DNA of 62,897 nucleotides, filler included, from Reclinomonas americana ATCC 50394 (Eukaryota): NCBI GenBank assembly GCA_048213135.1. It is 12 parts of 9 records of this genome, joined end to end, with 100 filler letters (N's around TTAATTAATTAA, not from the genome) between each part and the next. Parts side by side here need not be neighbours in the genome. Positions count along the whole stretch, not along the records: positions 42,685 to 54,942 come from PS016113.1; positions 55,043 to 56,899 come from PS016113.1; positions 57,000 to 58,911 come from AFZH01016766.1; positions 59,012 to 60,514 come from PS016114.1; positions 60,615 to 61,761 come from PS016114.1; positions 61,862 to 62,897 come from AFZH01016773.1; 6 more parts are not named here. One strand, 5' to 3'. Shown piece by piece: positions 51,633 to 62,897 of this stretch (position 1 is its first letter; each line of letters starts with the position of its first letter). The notes under the pieces were generated by a model. It saw only the letters and a program-made list of their open reading frames with translations, ran no database searches and was not told where the DNA came from. The position numbers and the translations under genes were made by a program.

Positions 51633-51803
51633 TCACACACCCGGGAGGCCGAGGGGCGCCGACGCCGAAGAAGACACACCAGATGTGCCGGGAAGAAGCC
51701 CAGTGCCGGCAGGATTGCAAGCGGTGGCAGGCAACGCAATGTCGCCGGCGCTGACCTGCGCACCAAGACCTGGATCGGGAATAATCGAATTCGTGCTGCC
51801 CAT
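51633..51803 (-). CDS. microprotein P15 (56 aa) MGSTNSIIPDPGLGAQVSAGDIALPATACNPAGTGLLPGTSGVSSSASAPLGLPGV
   Basis: Frame conserved with P14 despite internal indels. Confidence 0.65.
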   Translation of the reverse strand: MGSTNSIIPDPGLGAQVSAGDIALPATACNPAGTGLLPGTSGVSSSASAPLGLPGV

Positions 51804-52438
51804 TGCAACGTGCTGCGCGCAAGGCATCACAGTCGTGAGAAGAGCGTACACTGATCTTGACTGCTCTGTCCAATTCTCAACACAATCCTCTCTCTCTTCC
51901 TCTTCATCTTCTCTGATGAGGATAAGAGTGTTGTTCTCCAGCCTCCATCACTCTCTCTCTCTTTCCCTCTCACTCACGCGCGAGACGCAGCTTCAGTGTG
52001 CATTCACGCGCGCACAGTGCAACGGAATGAGACGGATGAAAGGATGGGAAGGAAGAACGAGACAAAACTGTGAGTGCCGTGCGCCAACGAGAGAGAGAGA
52101 GAGAGGTGGCTCGTGCAATGATAGTCGCGTTGTAAAGCCCAACCCGCCAGACGCTACCTTTTCTTTGCGCGACGAAGAGCACAAGGACGATGAAAACGCC
52201 GTGAAAATTTGACTGCCTTCTTGATCGAATTCTCGCAGCGCGAGGCGGCGTCGTATTGGTGGAAAGCCTGCTCCCATCGACCCTCCCATCCTGTGCAAAC
52301 GAATCACAATCATCAAGGAAGGGGTTCTGCAAGGGTTCATTCTCTCAACTGCGAGCATTCGAGCTCGCAGTCAATGATCATGAGGCATCATAGAACGTCG
52401 ATCTCGTCGCGATCGATCACTGCACACATGCACGTTCT

Positions 52439-52585
52439 TCACAAGTTGAGCTCGAAGTCAAAGTTTGGATCGGCCGCGGGACCACTCGGAGTAAAGTAGC
52501 CCTCCCCGATGACGACAACGGACGGAAGACACCCGGATGCCAGGTCGTGACGCAGCGCCGCAATAGAAAGGCAGGAGGGATCCAT
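52439..52585 (-). CDS. microprotein P16 (48 aa) MDPSCLSIAALRHDLASGCLPSVVVIGEGYFTPSGPAADPNFDFELNL
   Basis: Paralog of P13 with a frame-preserving length difference; AATGAA at 52336-52341. Confidence 0.7.
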   Translation of the reverse strand: MDPSCLSIAALRHDLASGCLPSVVVIGEGYFTPSGPAADPNFDFELNL

Positions 52586-53275
52586 TTCAGACTGCACATG
52601 CACGCGGAAGGTACGCGACAGCAACGTATGAGTGAGACGAGTACTGACAAAGGATGGCATGCAGCAGTGCGTGCTCGATCTGTAGCAGTTGCTGCAGCTG
52701 CCCTCGTCACGCATGCGCTGCTCTACGTAGCTACATCTGTCCAAGTCTCAACAATTTCTTCTGCACACCGCTGTTGCAAAAAGAGAAGCACGCAAGACAT
52801 AAACCAGGTAGTCATGCACTCAGTGATGCACGCTCCATGTCGGCGCATCGTGCGTGTTCTCAATCGCACCATCAGCCAACCTACTTCTTTTGCTGTACTG
52901 GTAAGTGCACACATCTCAAGCCTCTCTCTCCCCCTCCCTCGCTGCTCTCATGTGTGTGAGTGAGTGAGCGCGCGCAGCGCAAAGGTGTGGGTGACATGTC
53001 GCCAGCTTGCAGCCGCGAGGGTGCACAAGCTTCTTCTCCGCCACTCACTCGCAAGAGTGAAGACGAGAGACTAAACAACCAAACAACGTACCTCTGCGCA
53101 CAGACTGCGTTAAAGAAAACACACAGGGCCACACAGCTGCACACAGACCACTCGACGGAAACTTGACTGAACACGAACAGAAACCAACGTGGTTTTGACA
53201 ACGTAGTTGGTTTTGACAAGTTTCATTCTCTCTCTTGCCACCCTGGCCTCCTGCTAGCTTACTTCATGCAAGCAT

Positions 53276-53422
53276 CTACGGACCAAACGTCAACACATCA
53301 CCGGCGGGGATCGGCGACGAGCAGCCCGCCATATCCGACACGGGCGTGGCAACCATTCCGCTGCCGACGCCGTAGTTAAGGTTCTGAGAGCCGTACGTGT
53401 AATAGCCGCCACCGCTGTCCAT
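53276..53422 (-). CDS. microprotein P17 (48 aa) MDSGGGYYTYGSQNLNYGVGSGMVATPVSDMAGCSSPIPAGDVLTFGP
   Basis: Motif GMVATPVSD; CAG|GCAA-ATG; AATGAA at 53222-53227. Confidence 0.65.
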   Translation of the reverse strand: MDSGGGYYTYGSQNLNYGVGSGMVATPVSDMAGCSSPIPAGDVLTFGP

Positions 53423-54828
53423 TTGCCTGCTGCGAAAACAAAGAAAACCATGATGAAGAACTGTTCCCTGTCTTGTTTTCTCTCTCTCTCTCTCTCAGTT
53501 TTTCACACAGGCATGCACTCGTATCTCGTTCTCTGGTACGTTGATGAGTACCAGTGCTTCTCCTTCCACTCTCCTTCTCTCTTACTCTCTTCCTCTCTTT
53601 GTCTATCTTTCTCTCGTTCTCTCTCTCCTTCTCTCTCTTTGTCTATCTTCCACGTGCACCCTGTGCATCAACTGTGATGTGGAAAAGAGTGCTCCTCCTC
53701 CTCACTCTCTTTGTCTCTTTCTCTATCTTCCACGTGCGCCCTCTGCGCATGCGTCGTCTCTCACAATAAGAGCAACATGTATGAGTCTCATTCTCACACG
53801 CCAGCAAGGCACTCTGTTGTCACACGACACACTCGTTAGTACCTCCTCGTCCCCACCCTCCTCTCTCTCTCTCTCTCTCTCTCTCCTACAAGCCTTCTAC
53901 GCATGCATCTTCTTCTCGAACGAGTCTCCAGTTTCTCTCTCTCACACACACCATTCTCGCCAGCGACGCATTCCCCTAATGACACACTACACGACCTCTT
54001 GCCCTCCCTCCCTCTCTTTCCCCCTTCACTCTTCACCCCACACGCACCCTTTGCGCGAAGTCTCACACAACACAAACAATGTTGGCCAATGTTCAAGGAC
54101 TTGGACAGGAAATGACGAACTTCGCACAAAAACTGGGAAGCTCACGGTGGTTTGTAGTAGTACGCCACTGCTGCAAACAAGCCAGCCAGAGATTCATTCT
54201 TGTTGGCAAAGCGCTTGCTGAGTATCGCACATCGCGTTACTGAGACGGCCAGTGAGTGTCCGGCGCGCTGTGCGCCTGCAGCTGGGGATGAGTCAAGTAC
54301 TCGCCGAGGGTGGACGACGACATGCCAGTAAGCACGTTGGCCACCGCCCCCGTCTCAACAACAGACTGCAATTGACTGTACTCCATGTCTCTGGAAAGGA
54401 GGGGAGCAGCACAGTGATCATGAGGGAATTACGAGTTGAAAAGGGGAACCGCAGCGCGCGGTGGTGAACCACAGAAGAGAATGAACAGTGCCCACAACGA
54501 GACACTGTGAGCAGGAAGGCATGTGCTAAGGGAGAGAGTCACAGAGCATGTACAGAGGGTTGCACCACGTGAAGAGAAGAGCAACAGGAAGAGAGAGAAT
54601 GATGTACAATGAGACGCTCGGGTCTGGTGAGAGATGCTGTTGTGCGAGGGAGAGAGTCCGAGTCACAGTAACAGCGAGTGCGAGCGTGCAACACGCAGAG
54701 AGTGGAGATGGTGAATGAAAAACACAAGAGACACAGCACATCGTTCAGTGCACGCTAGCGAGAGATTCACACGAACGTTCCCGATGCTTCCACACCACTC
54801 TCTACCTCTCCCTCCTCCCGCCCCCCCC

Positions 54829-54879
<51 letters not shown>

Positions 54880-55182
54880 GTCTCTCGTCGTCGTCGTCGT
54901 CGTCGTCGTCGTACGTACGTCGTACGTACCGTACCGTACCGTNNNNNNNNNNNNNNNNNNNNNNNNNNNNNNNNNNNNNNNNNNNNTTAATTAATTAANN
55001 NNNNNNNNNNNNNNNNNNNNNNNNNNNNNNNNNNNNNNNNNNCGACACACTACTCGTTACGTACGTACGTCGACGACGTACGACGACGAGAGTACTACAC
55101 GAACCGTACCGTACCGTACGTCTCCTACCTACCACCTACCTCCTCCATCCTCCTCCCTCCCTCCCTCCCCCCCTCCCCCTCC

Positions 55183-55218
<36 letters not shown>

Positions 55219-55955
55219 TCTCGAGCGTCTGGTTTGCGTGTGGAGATGGCCGCACGAGAGCACTCACAGCACCACAGCGTATTGCATGACATGCCGCGAA
55301 AGAAACCAATCGCACAGGAGCTTCTCTCCATGCTTCGTGTACCAACCTTATCGTTCTCCAAACGCGAAAAACGAAGCGATACAAAGTAAGCGGACGACGA
55401 CTGATCGCGACGTCGCAAGATAATAATATTCTCTCCCAACGAACGTCGAGTGGCTCCCACCGCCGTACGAGCCCGCTGTGGTTGGTTTGGCAACCCTCGA
55501 CTTCCGGATTCAAGCGGCACCCTCTTGATCACAACATCGACCCTGAACCTCGAGCTCGCAGCGATATTAATCCTCGAGCTCATCAGCGCGCCCTTATCCA
55601 GTTGCACGCAGCGCGCTGCTGACGAAGGTTGAAACCGTGACCCCCCGCCTCTCCCCGCCCCCCCCACTATACCTTCCTCTATATATATATACCCCTTGCC
55701 GAAAACATCACTCTTCCCCACGGTCACCACTCCTGTATCTCCTTCCTGTTGTCTCCCTCCCCTTTCACTCTTCCTCCACTATCACCGCTCCTGCACCTTC
55801 TTCCAGTTGTCTCCCTCCCCTTTCACCCTTCCCCTTCCCCTCAGTCACCCTCACCACTTCTGTGCCTTCTACCCCCTTCCCTTCCTCCCTTCCTTCCCCT
55901 CCGAATCCATTCGCATTGCATTGTATTCTCTCCTTGCCACACCACCACCACCACA

Positions 55956-56899
55956 TCACGTCGCCGGCACACACCCCGCCGTCGTCAACGTGAATTGCTC
56001 GCAAATCGTGTGACCCAGACACGGCGAGAATGCCGGCGTGCCAAGCGCGCTGCACGTCAACACACTCGAGCGATCCGACGAGCACGTCTGGTCAGTGTTG
56101 CCGGCCACGCACCGCCCGCAGTCCGACCCGAAGAAACCGCGCGGGCACCGCTGCGGTGCGTCGATAGAGATGCGACCCACGGCGGCCCACGTGACGTACG
56201 TCGTGTTGCCGGCGCCGGGATCCGTAACGTCGTAGATAAAGTCAATGGCGAAGACTTCGTTGCCGATCAATTGCGTGTCGAGCTCGATTCCATTGTTGCC
56301 CACTTGGTGGTTGATCACGGCGGCGCCCGTGCTGGCCGTGCTCGACTTCCACCCACGCAAGAACAATTGCACCGACACGGTGTTGGCCAGCAGTCCATCC
56401 GGCGTGTCCACTGTCACAAGGCTAATCGTTTGCGTCAGTGTGGCCGACGTGTGTGTCGTCTCTGCGGTGGTGTGCACGGAGGTATGAGCTGCAGGTGCAG
56501 AAACCATCCTCTCTCTCTCCACCACCACAAACCGCCAGCCAACAAGACAAAGCCGCTGCGATTCGAGGCATCTTCACGCGCCGGACCAAATGCGTGTCGC
56601 GCATACAGGCGCTCGACTTGCGCGTCGCCGGTGACACGGCCGAGAATATCGCCGTGCGTGCGACTGTAAGACACGTGCGACAGCTCGAAACTGTCGGAGA
56701 GCGTGGAACCACTTGTGTCGCCCAAGTTCCGTCGTCGGGTGTGCACACCCGACAGCGCCACCGCCAATGTCGGAACAGAGGCAAAGTGGTACACGGCGGA
56801 AACATTGTGCCTCTGTTCATGCGATCTCTCCTCAGGCGAAAAGAAAGTCACATACGCGCGACCCTGTGTACATACCTCAAGTACCAACTTGTTGGCGGC
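55956..56899 (-). CDS. 3' part of a probably extracellular protein with a Cys-rich EGF/laminin-like C-terminus
   Basis: CPRGFFGSDCGRC..C..C..C..C..C; close paralog of 60615-60920. 5' end lies in the gap. Confidence 0.7.
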
Positions 56900-57017
56900 N
56901 NNNNNNNNNNNNNNNNNNNNNNNNNNNNNNNNNNNNNNNNNNNTTAATTAATTAANNNNNNNNNNNNNNNNNNNNNNNNNNNNNNNNNNNNNNNNNNNNA
57001 AGTCCTCCCCCTCTATT

Positions 57018-59822
57018 TCATCGCCACGCACTCAGTTCAATCTGCGGCGCCGCAGCGCCCACGGCAGTCGTCACCAAGCATGGCACCGACATCTGCTTGG
57101 TGCCCGTCACTGCCGGCTCGCCGCAGTACACATTGGAGTCGCTGGCGGCGTCACTCGTGAACTGAGTGAGACCGACGAGAACTCGCGGCGTGGCAAAGAA
57201 TGCACGCGCAAATGTGTAGGTGTACGTGGTGAGCGTCGACACAACATCGGCGCTACGCGGCGCAACGGACATGGTGCTGAACTTGGACGTCGCCGCGCCG
57301 TGGACAACAGTCGGCGGCGACACTGTCGTTGTGCTCAGCGCCGACAACTGCATCGCCGACGACACGTTGATGGTGTTGGCCGCCAGCGGAACCTGGCCGA
57401 CCAGCGCCGAGAAGCCCGACACCAGCAGATAGCCAGTCGCCGAGTAATTTCTGTTGTTGACGGCCACGCACAGTTTGGCCGAGGCACCACCGGTCGGCGA
57501 ATTGGGGGTCACGGACAGAGTAAAGTGCGAGCAGCCACCACCGCCGTCCGACGTGCACTGCGACGGCCCCACCACTGTGACCGCAAAGCCAACACCATCG
57601 AGCACCGAGTCATAGATGGATGTTTCGCTGCAGTTGCTCTCGACGGCCACCGCCTTGAACATGGTGCACGAGTTGAAGTCGCCAGTAACCGAGCCAATGT
57701 GGACCGTGTTGGCACGTCCGAATTCGAGAACTTGCGGATTGACAAACGAAACCACCGGAATTCGAACCGACAGCGGCGGTGGATCCATCAGGAAGAGGGG
57801 GCCGTTGGAGAGGAGAACCAGCGGCGAGACAGCAGTCGTAAGCTGGAATCTGCGGTGCGCGCGGCGTGAGTGCAGAACAAGAGAGAGAGTGGGGAGGAGA
57901 GCGAGAGAACAGACCGTCCACACAAGTAGGAGACACTGGGAGGCGCCACATGACAGGTGCCGTTGGCGTTGGCGCCGAGAGACGGCGGAGAATCGGGATT
58001 GGCTGTAGCAACTGTAAAGACGACTTGCGTCTCAGAGATGCCGCCCGGACGGAGTACGACAGAGGTGTCGCTGGCCACCGTGCCCGTACAGTCGCTGGCC
58101 GGATAGAGGCCATAGCTGCCGGTGGTGGTATCCCAGGTGACGAGGGATGGGAAATGGTCGCCTTGGATCGTCAGCGACAGCGAAAAGTGACCTGTGCGCA
58201 GCACTCTGGGTGCTACAGAGTCGGACAAAGTGACTGCAATGGGGGGAGAGGATAAGTCCATGCATACAAGAGCAGAGAAAGAAAACTGGCAAGAGTACAA
58301 GACAAATGCGGATAGACAAAACGAGAAAGACACGAGCGGCAGGTGGAGAACAAGAGATGCAGAGTAGCCGGAGCACACGATCATGAAAGATAGAAATGCA
58401 GTGACAGACGAAGTACGAGGTGAGATGAGAGAGAAGAGAGGGAGAGGAAATGCAATGGAGCTCGTTCCCTCTTCCCGGAGAACAGAGATGCAGAGAAGTC
58501 AGAGCACTAGAAAATGAGGACAGAGAAGCAGTGACAGGTGAAGGCATAGGACTAGGAGAGAGATCCAGAGGGAGGAACATTCAATGGAGCACTTTCTCTC
58601 CCGCTCTCTCACTCTCACTCTTTCCCTCCTTCCACCTCCCTCTGTCCCTGCCCCCTCCGACGCGTGCCATCGACAGCAGCGAAAGAACGCAGATTAATAG
58701 AGTGACAGAGACACGAATGGGAAAAGAGAGAGGACCACCCTCCTTTCCATCTCTCTCTCTTTCTCCCTTTCTCTCCTTCTATGAGCCCTTCCCCTTTCCC
58801 CCTTCGACGCGTGCCACCGACAACAGCAAATGGGCGTTGGACACAGCGGAAAGACAGGGGAGAGACACAAAGCAGGGAAAAGAACACGCAATGAAGCTCG
58901 TTCTTTTCCATNNNNNNNNNNNNNNNNNNNNNNNNNNNNNNNNNNNNNNNNNNNNTTAATTAATTAANNNNNNNNNNNNNNNNNNNNNNNNNNNNNNNNN
59001 NNNNNNNNNNNATAGGGGAGAGACACAAAGAGAGGAAAAGAATACGCAATGGAGCTCGTTCCTTCCTTCCCTCTCCTTTCCCTCCCTCCTTCCCTCTCTC
59101 CCCTCCCCGCTTCCCTCCTTCCATCTCCCTCACAGCAGACGCAACAGACGTCCACAACAATGGCGGCCTGGTAGGTTTTTGCAGGGTTCGCCAGACCATC
59201 TTGATCGACACACACGAAGCGTTGTCCACCAGAGACGTCACTGGCGGCGGAGAACACCATGGTCACAATGTTGGTGCCCATCGGAGCCAGCAGACTGCTC
59301 GTGACGATTGTCGGGGAGGCATCGGTGCAGTCGGCGTTCTTGAACATGGCGATTGCGGAGAGCCCAAAGGTGAAGGTGGCGGGCGTGAACGCGAGATCAA
59401 CAGCTTGATTGGCGACGCCCGCCTTGATCAAAATCTCGATGGGTGTGAATCCTGCGCAGAGAGAGAGAGCACATGAGGTGTTGTTGGCAAACAAACTAAC
59501 TCACGATCACTCACTCGTCGTGCGTGTGATCAATGCACCACGCATGTGAAGCACTGCGATTCTACCATGGCTCTCGTACGCGTCGTGCCCACTCTCTCCT
59601 CAGAGCGATCAAACACGCACTCTTTCTCACATCGCCCAACTCCTCTGCCCACTCTCTCTCTCTCTCGTACATGCTTGCATGTAGTGTGAACAAAAAAGCG
59701 CGCGAAATCGCTGCGACCGTTGGACACTCACCGCTCTGGATCGCGGCAGCGCCAGCGAAGAGGTTGACGATGAGGAGCACCGCCACGACCGGCACTGACA
59801 GGCGGTGAGAGAGGCGCACCAT
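57018..59822 (-). CDS. secreted beta-rich protein with a C-terminal H-type-lectin-like segment
   Basis: Signal peptide MVRLSHRLSVPVVAVLLIVNLFAGAAA; four Thr/Ser/Val/Cys-rich exons; C-terminal YTFARAFFATPRVLVGLTQF resembles the H-type lectin F..F...P.V pattern (judged by eye). Confidence 0.65.
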
Positions 59823-60614
59823 TGATCTGTGTGTGTGTGTGTATGTGTGTGCAAGTTTTGAGCGCGGACAAGAGCATAATCCTGCCCCGGTATGGCAGAG
59901 ACGCCACACGGCATGCAACGAGCAACAACTCACTACTGGTAGTACCACGCAACTTGTACACCGATATGTCGCTGCGCGTGCTCCAGCAACGGATCAAGGC
60001 CGCAAACAGGACTTCCGACCACGAATGCGACGTCGGTGGCGACAACTCGAGAATTGTGTGGTTGATCAGTGTACTGAACGCACTTGCACGGATCCCCACG
60101 AGTACGATCGCAAACGAGAGCTGAACTTTCACTTGCGTGCCGCAATTCAACAGCAACAACAAACTCATTCACCAACAAACAAGCAACAGCTGTCTTGATG
60201 ACCAAGTCCAACACATCAACACAAACACCGATCTTGAGGCAGCAGCAGGTTCCTTGTGTGTATATTCGCTCTCGGAGAATAACGCTGCGCTTGCCTTGTT
60301 TCGTCATCCCCAACAGCACGACAGCCACTCCTACATTTTCACAAACAATAGCGATCACATGTACATATTGTGATGACCTCTCCGTCACGGAACAGTGTTG
60401 AAGCACGTAGAACCAACTAAAACAACAACTGACGACGGACTGGCGCCGCTCGCCGCAATAACGACAGGCAACTCGGCCGCAGAGGCCACGGAGCTCCAAG
60501 AGTAGTCCGGAGCANNNNNNNNNNNNNNNNNNNNNNNNNNNNNNNNNNNNNNNNNNNNTTAATTAATTAANNNNNNNNNNNNNNNNNNNNNNNNNNNNNN
60601 NNNNNNNNNNNNNN

Positions 60615-61761
60615 CGACAGTGGTCGGTAACGAAACCATTGCCACTGGCTTCGCATTCGACATTCCAGATCCAGGAACCGGCAACACGACGTACGTCACG
60701 TGGGCCGCCGTGGGTCGTATCTCCATCCATACACTGCAGAAGTGCCCGCGCGGCTTCTTCGGGTCGGACTGCGGGCGGTGCGTGGCCGGTAGCACGGACG
60801 CCACGTGTTCGTCAGATGGTATGAGTGTGTTGACGTGCAGCGCGATTGGCACGCCGGTCGTGACAGCATGCACTCGCGGACAAGTGTGCCTGCAGCAGAC
60901 GGCGACAATGGCAGTTTGTTCGTCTTCCTGCCTGAAGCGACTCACTCCGCTCTCCGTGGTATCAAGCGGTCTGGTCACCACCGTAGCTGCGAGTCGCAGT
61001 GGTCGAAACCTCGCGGTATCAGTGGGCGGTGGTATCTTCGTGTCACAAGACCTGGGCGCAACGTGGACTCAAGTCAACAGTGGTGTGTCGGTCGGTAGCG
61101 TCGCGATGAGTGCACATGGCAGAATACTTGTCGCTGTCACGACGGCAAAGCCGGTTGATATCCAGGTGTCTGAGGACTTTGGGGTGACGTGGACTGGCTT
61201 TTCAACTGGCCTCAGCGTCTTGTTCGATTCGGTGACAGTGAGTGCGGACGGCAGTACAGTGGTTGTCTTTGCTGCTGGTGTGGACGACAGAATCGGTGTC
61301 TCTGTCGACGGAGGGCACACGTGGGCCATCCGCAGTTTGCCTGCAGGTGTGCTTTCGAACGTGAATGCCGTGATGTTGAGTGGCGATGGTCGATTGCTGT
61401 ATGCCTCGCAAGTCAACGCCAATCAGAACTTTGTGTCGGCTGATTTGGGTGTCACCTGGTCTGCCGGTGGCCAATCGGCGGGAGTGACGCAGTTTTCAAG
61501 GCTCAACGTCAACTACACTGGGTCCACAGTGTTGGCCGCTGCGCTGGAAGCCGGGGTTCGAGCGAGTTTCGACGGCGCCAGAACCTGGTCGCGCATTGAC
61601 GACATCTCGCTTCTAGTCTCATACACTGACGTCAACCTCAGTGCTGACGGTTCCATTTACGCGACGTACATCAAGGATTCGCCCGGGCCCCCAAGGCCCA
61701 CCAACGTTATGCGATCGACTGACGGTGGCGTGAAGTGGATGACGACGGATCTGAATACGAA
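60615..61761 (+). CDS. internal fragment: Cys-rich EGF-like module plus BNR/Asp-box (sialidase-like) beta-propeller
   Basis: Six Asp-boxes: SQDLGATW, SEDFGVTW, SVDGGHTW, SADLGVTW, SFDGARTW, STDGGVKW. Both ends lie in gaps. Confidence 0.85.
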
Positions 61762-61861
61762 NNNNNNNNNNNNNNNNNNNNNNNNNNNNNNNNNNNNNNN
61801 NNNNNTTAATTAATTAANNNNNNNNNNNNNNNNNNNNNNNNNNNNNNNNNNNNNNNNNNNN

Positions 61862-61902
<41 letters not shown>

Positions 61903-61904
61903 GT

Positions 61905-62050
<146 letters not shown>

Positions 62051-62646
62051 TCTTCTTCTTCTTCTCTCTCTCTCTCCTCTCTCTCTCTCTCCCACCGCTC
62101 TCGCCAATCATCATTACGATCGCTTGCTACTCCGCTTCTTGCCAGCCATCTGCTTCTCATTCTCTCTCACACACTCTCACTCACTCTCTCTTTCTCTCTT
62201 TGCCTCTCTCTCATTCTCTCTCGCACACTCTCACTCACTCTCGCTCCACTCATCTGTCTCACAATTTTGTGATCTTGTCACTGCATCGCTCACCTTTCCG
62301 TTTCTCACCTATCTGTGTTTCTCATTCTCTCTCTCTCTGTTACTCTCACCGCGCTCGAGCCAATCATCATTTCAATCGCTTGTTGCACTCAGTCCCTATT
62401 TCACCGCTCCGTTCCTTACCAGCCACTATTTCGTTCTCTTTCTTTTCATTCTCCGTCTCTCATATCGCATGAGATCCTTTCACCACTGCTTTTTCACCAT
62501 CCACTCATGGTTGTCTTCCTTCCATCTCACCTGTCTCCAGCCACTCGCTCAGCTCACACTCACTCTTTCCTGTTTCTCCATTCTCCCTTCCATCGCGCTC
62601 TTTCACTTCGGTTGCTCACCCCTCCTTCCTCCTTTCCACATTGCAG

Positions 62647-62897
62647 TGTACGACCTGACGCCGATTGGCATCAGCAGCGAGCGACGATGGGCGACGCTGC
62701 GACTGACTCTGCGACCGTTTATGTGCGAAGTCGGCACCTTGCAGTTCACTCGCTTCATTCCGCTGGCGCACAGCGTGCTCAAGAGTTTCGTGTGTGCGTA
62801 TACAAAAGCACTTCTCTGGGTTCCTCACTATTCGTTGTTTGTTCGTGTAGCCCCGATGGAGATGGCCACTGGCGAGTCGGATCCCTATGCTGAACAT
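62647..62897 (+). CDS. probable internal exons of a gene running off the window
   Basis: Pyrimidine tract plus CAG, an open frame, then a GTGTGT..TAG intron. Product unknown. Confidence 0.3.

Noticed and set aside
58200..58262. MDLSSPPIAVTLSD, which looks like the microprotein motif
   Set aside because: It straddles an intron acceptor (TTGCAG|TCACT) of the secreted protein gene and the frame runs on far beyond 57 aa; probably coincidental.

Overview
Draft eukaryotic scaffold, GC-rich and microsatellite-rich, probably a protist (organism not identifiable from sequence). Genes carry many short (~60-90 nt) spliceosomal introns, so the supplied ORF track is mostly misleading and I reconstructed exons by hand. 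Contigs are joined by 100-bp N/TTAATTAATTAA linkers. Recognisable genes: an F-box protein, XPC/Rad4, glycerol kinase, an atypical MAPK-like kinase fused to WD40 repeats, a secreted pectate-lyase-3/GH55-like beta-helix protein, and three secreted or Cys-rich proteins (H-type-lectin-like, Asp-box propeller). Most striking is a ~20-kb array (33.3-53.4 kb) of at least 17 co-oriented minus-strand microprotein genes (43-57 aa) plus one pseudogene. They share a hydrophobic G/A-Phi-A/S-Phi-x-Phi-[G/S/T]-D motif, hypervariable remainders, usually an intron acceptor just before the ATG, and usually a downstream AATGAA. Also notable: frequent GTTGCG 5' splice sites that almost always follow a non-G exon base, and a duplicated 83-nt structured element downstream of two diverged orphan genes. 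All alignments and counts were done by eye; no database searches were run.
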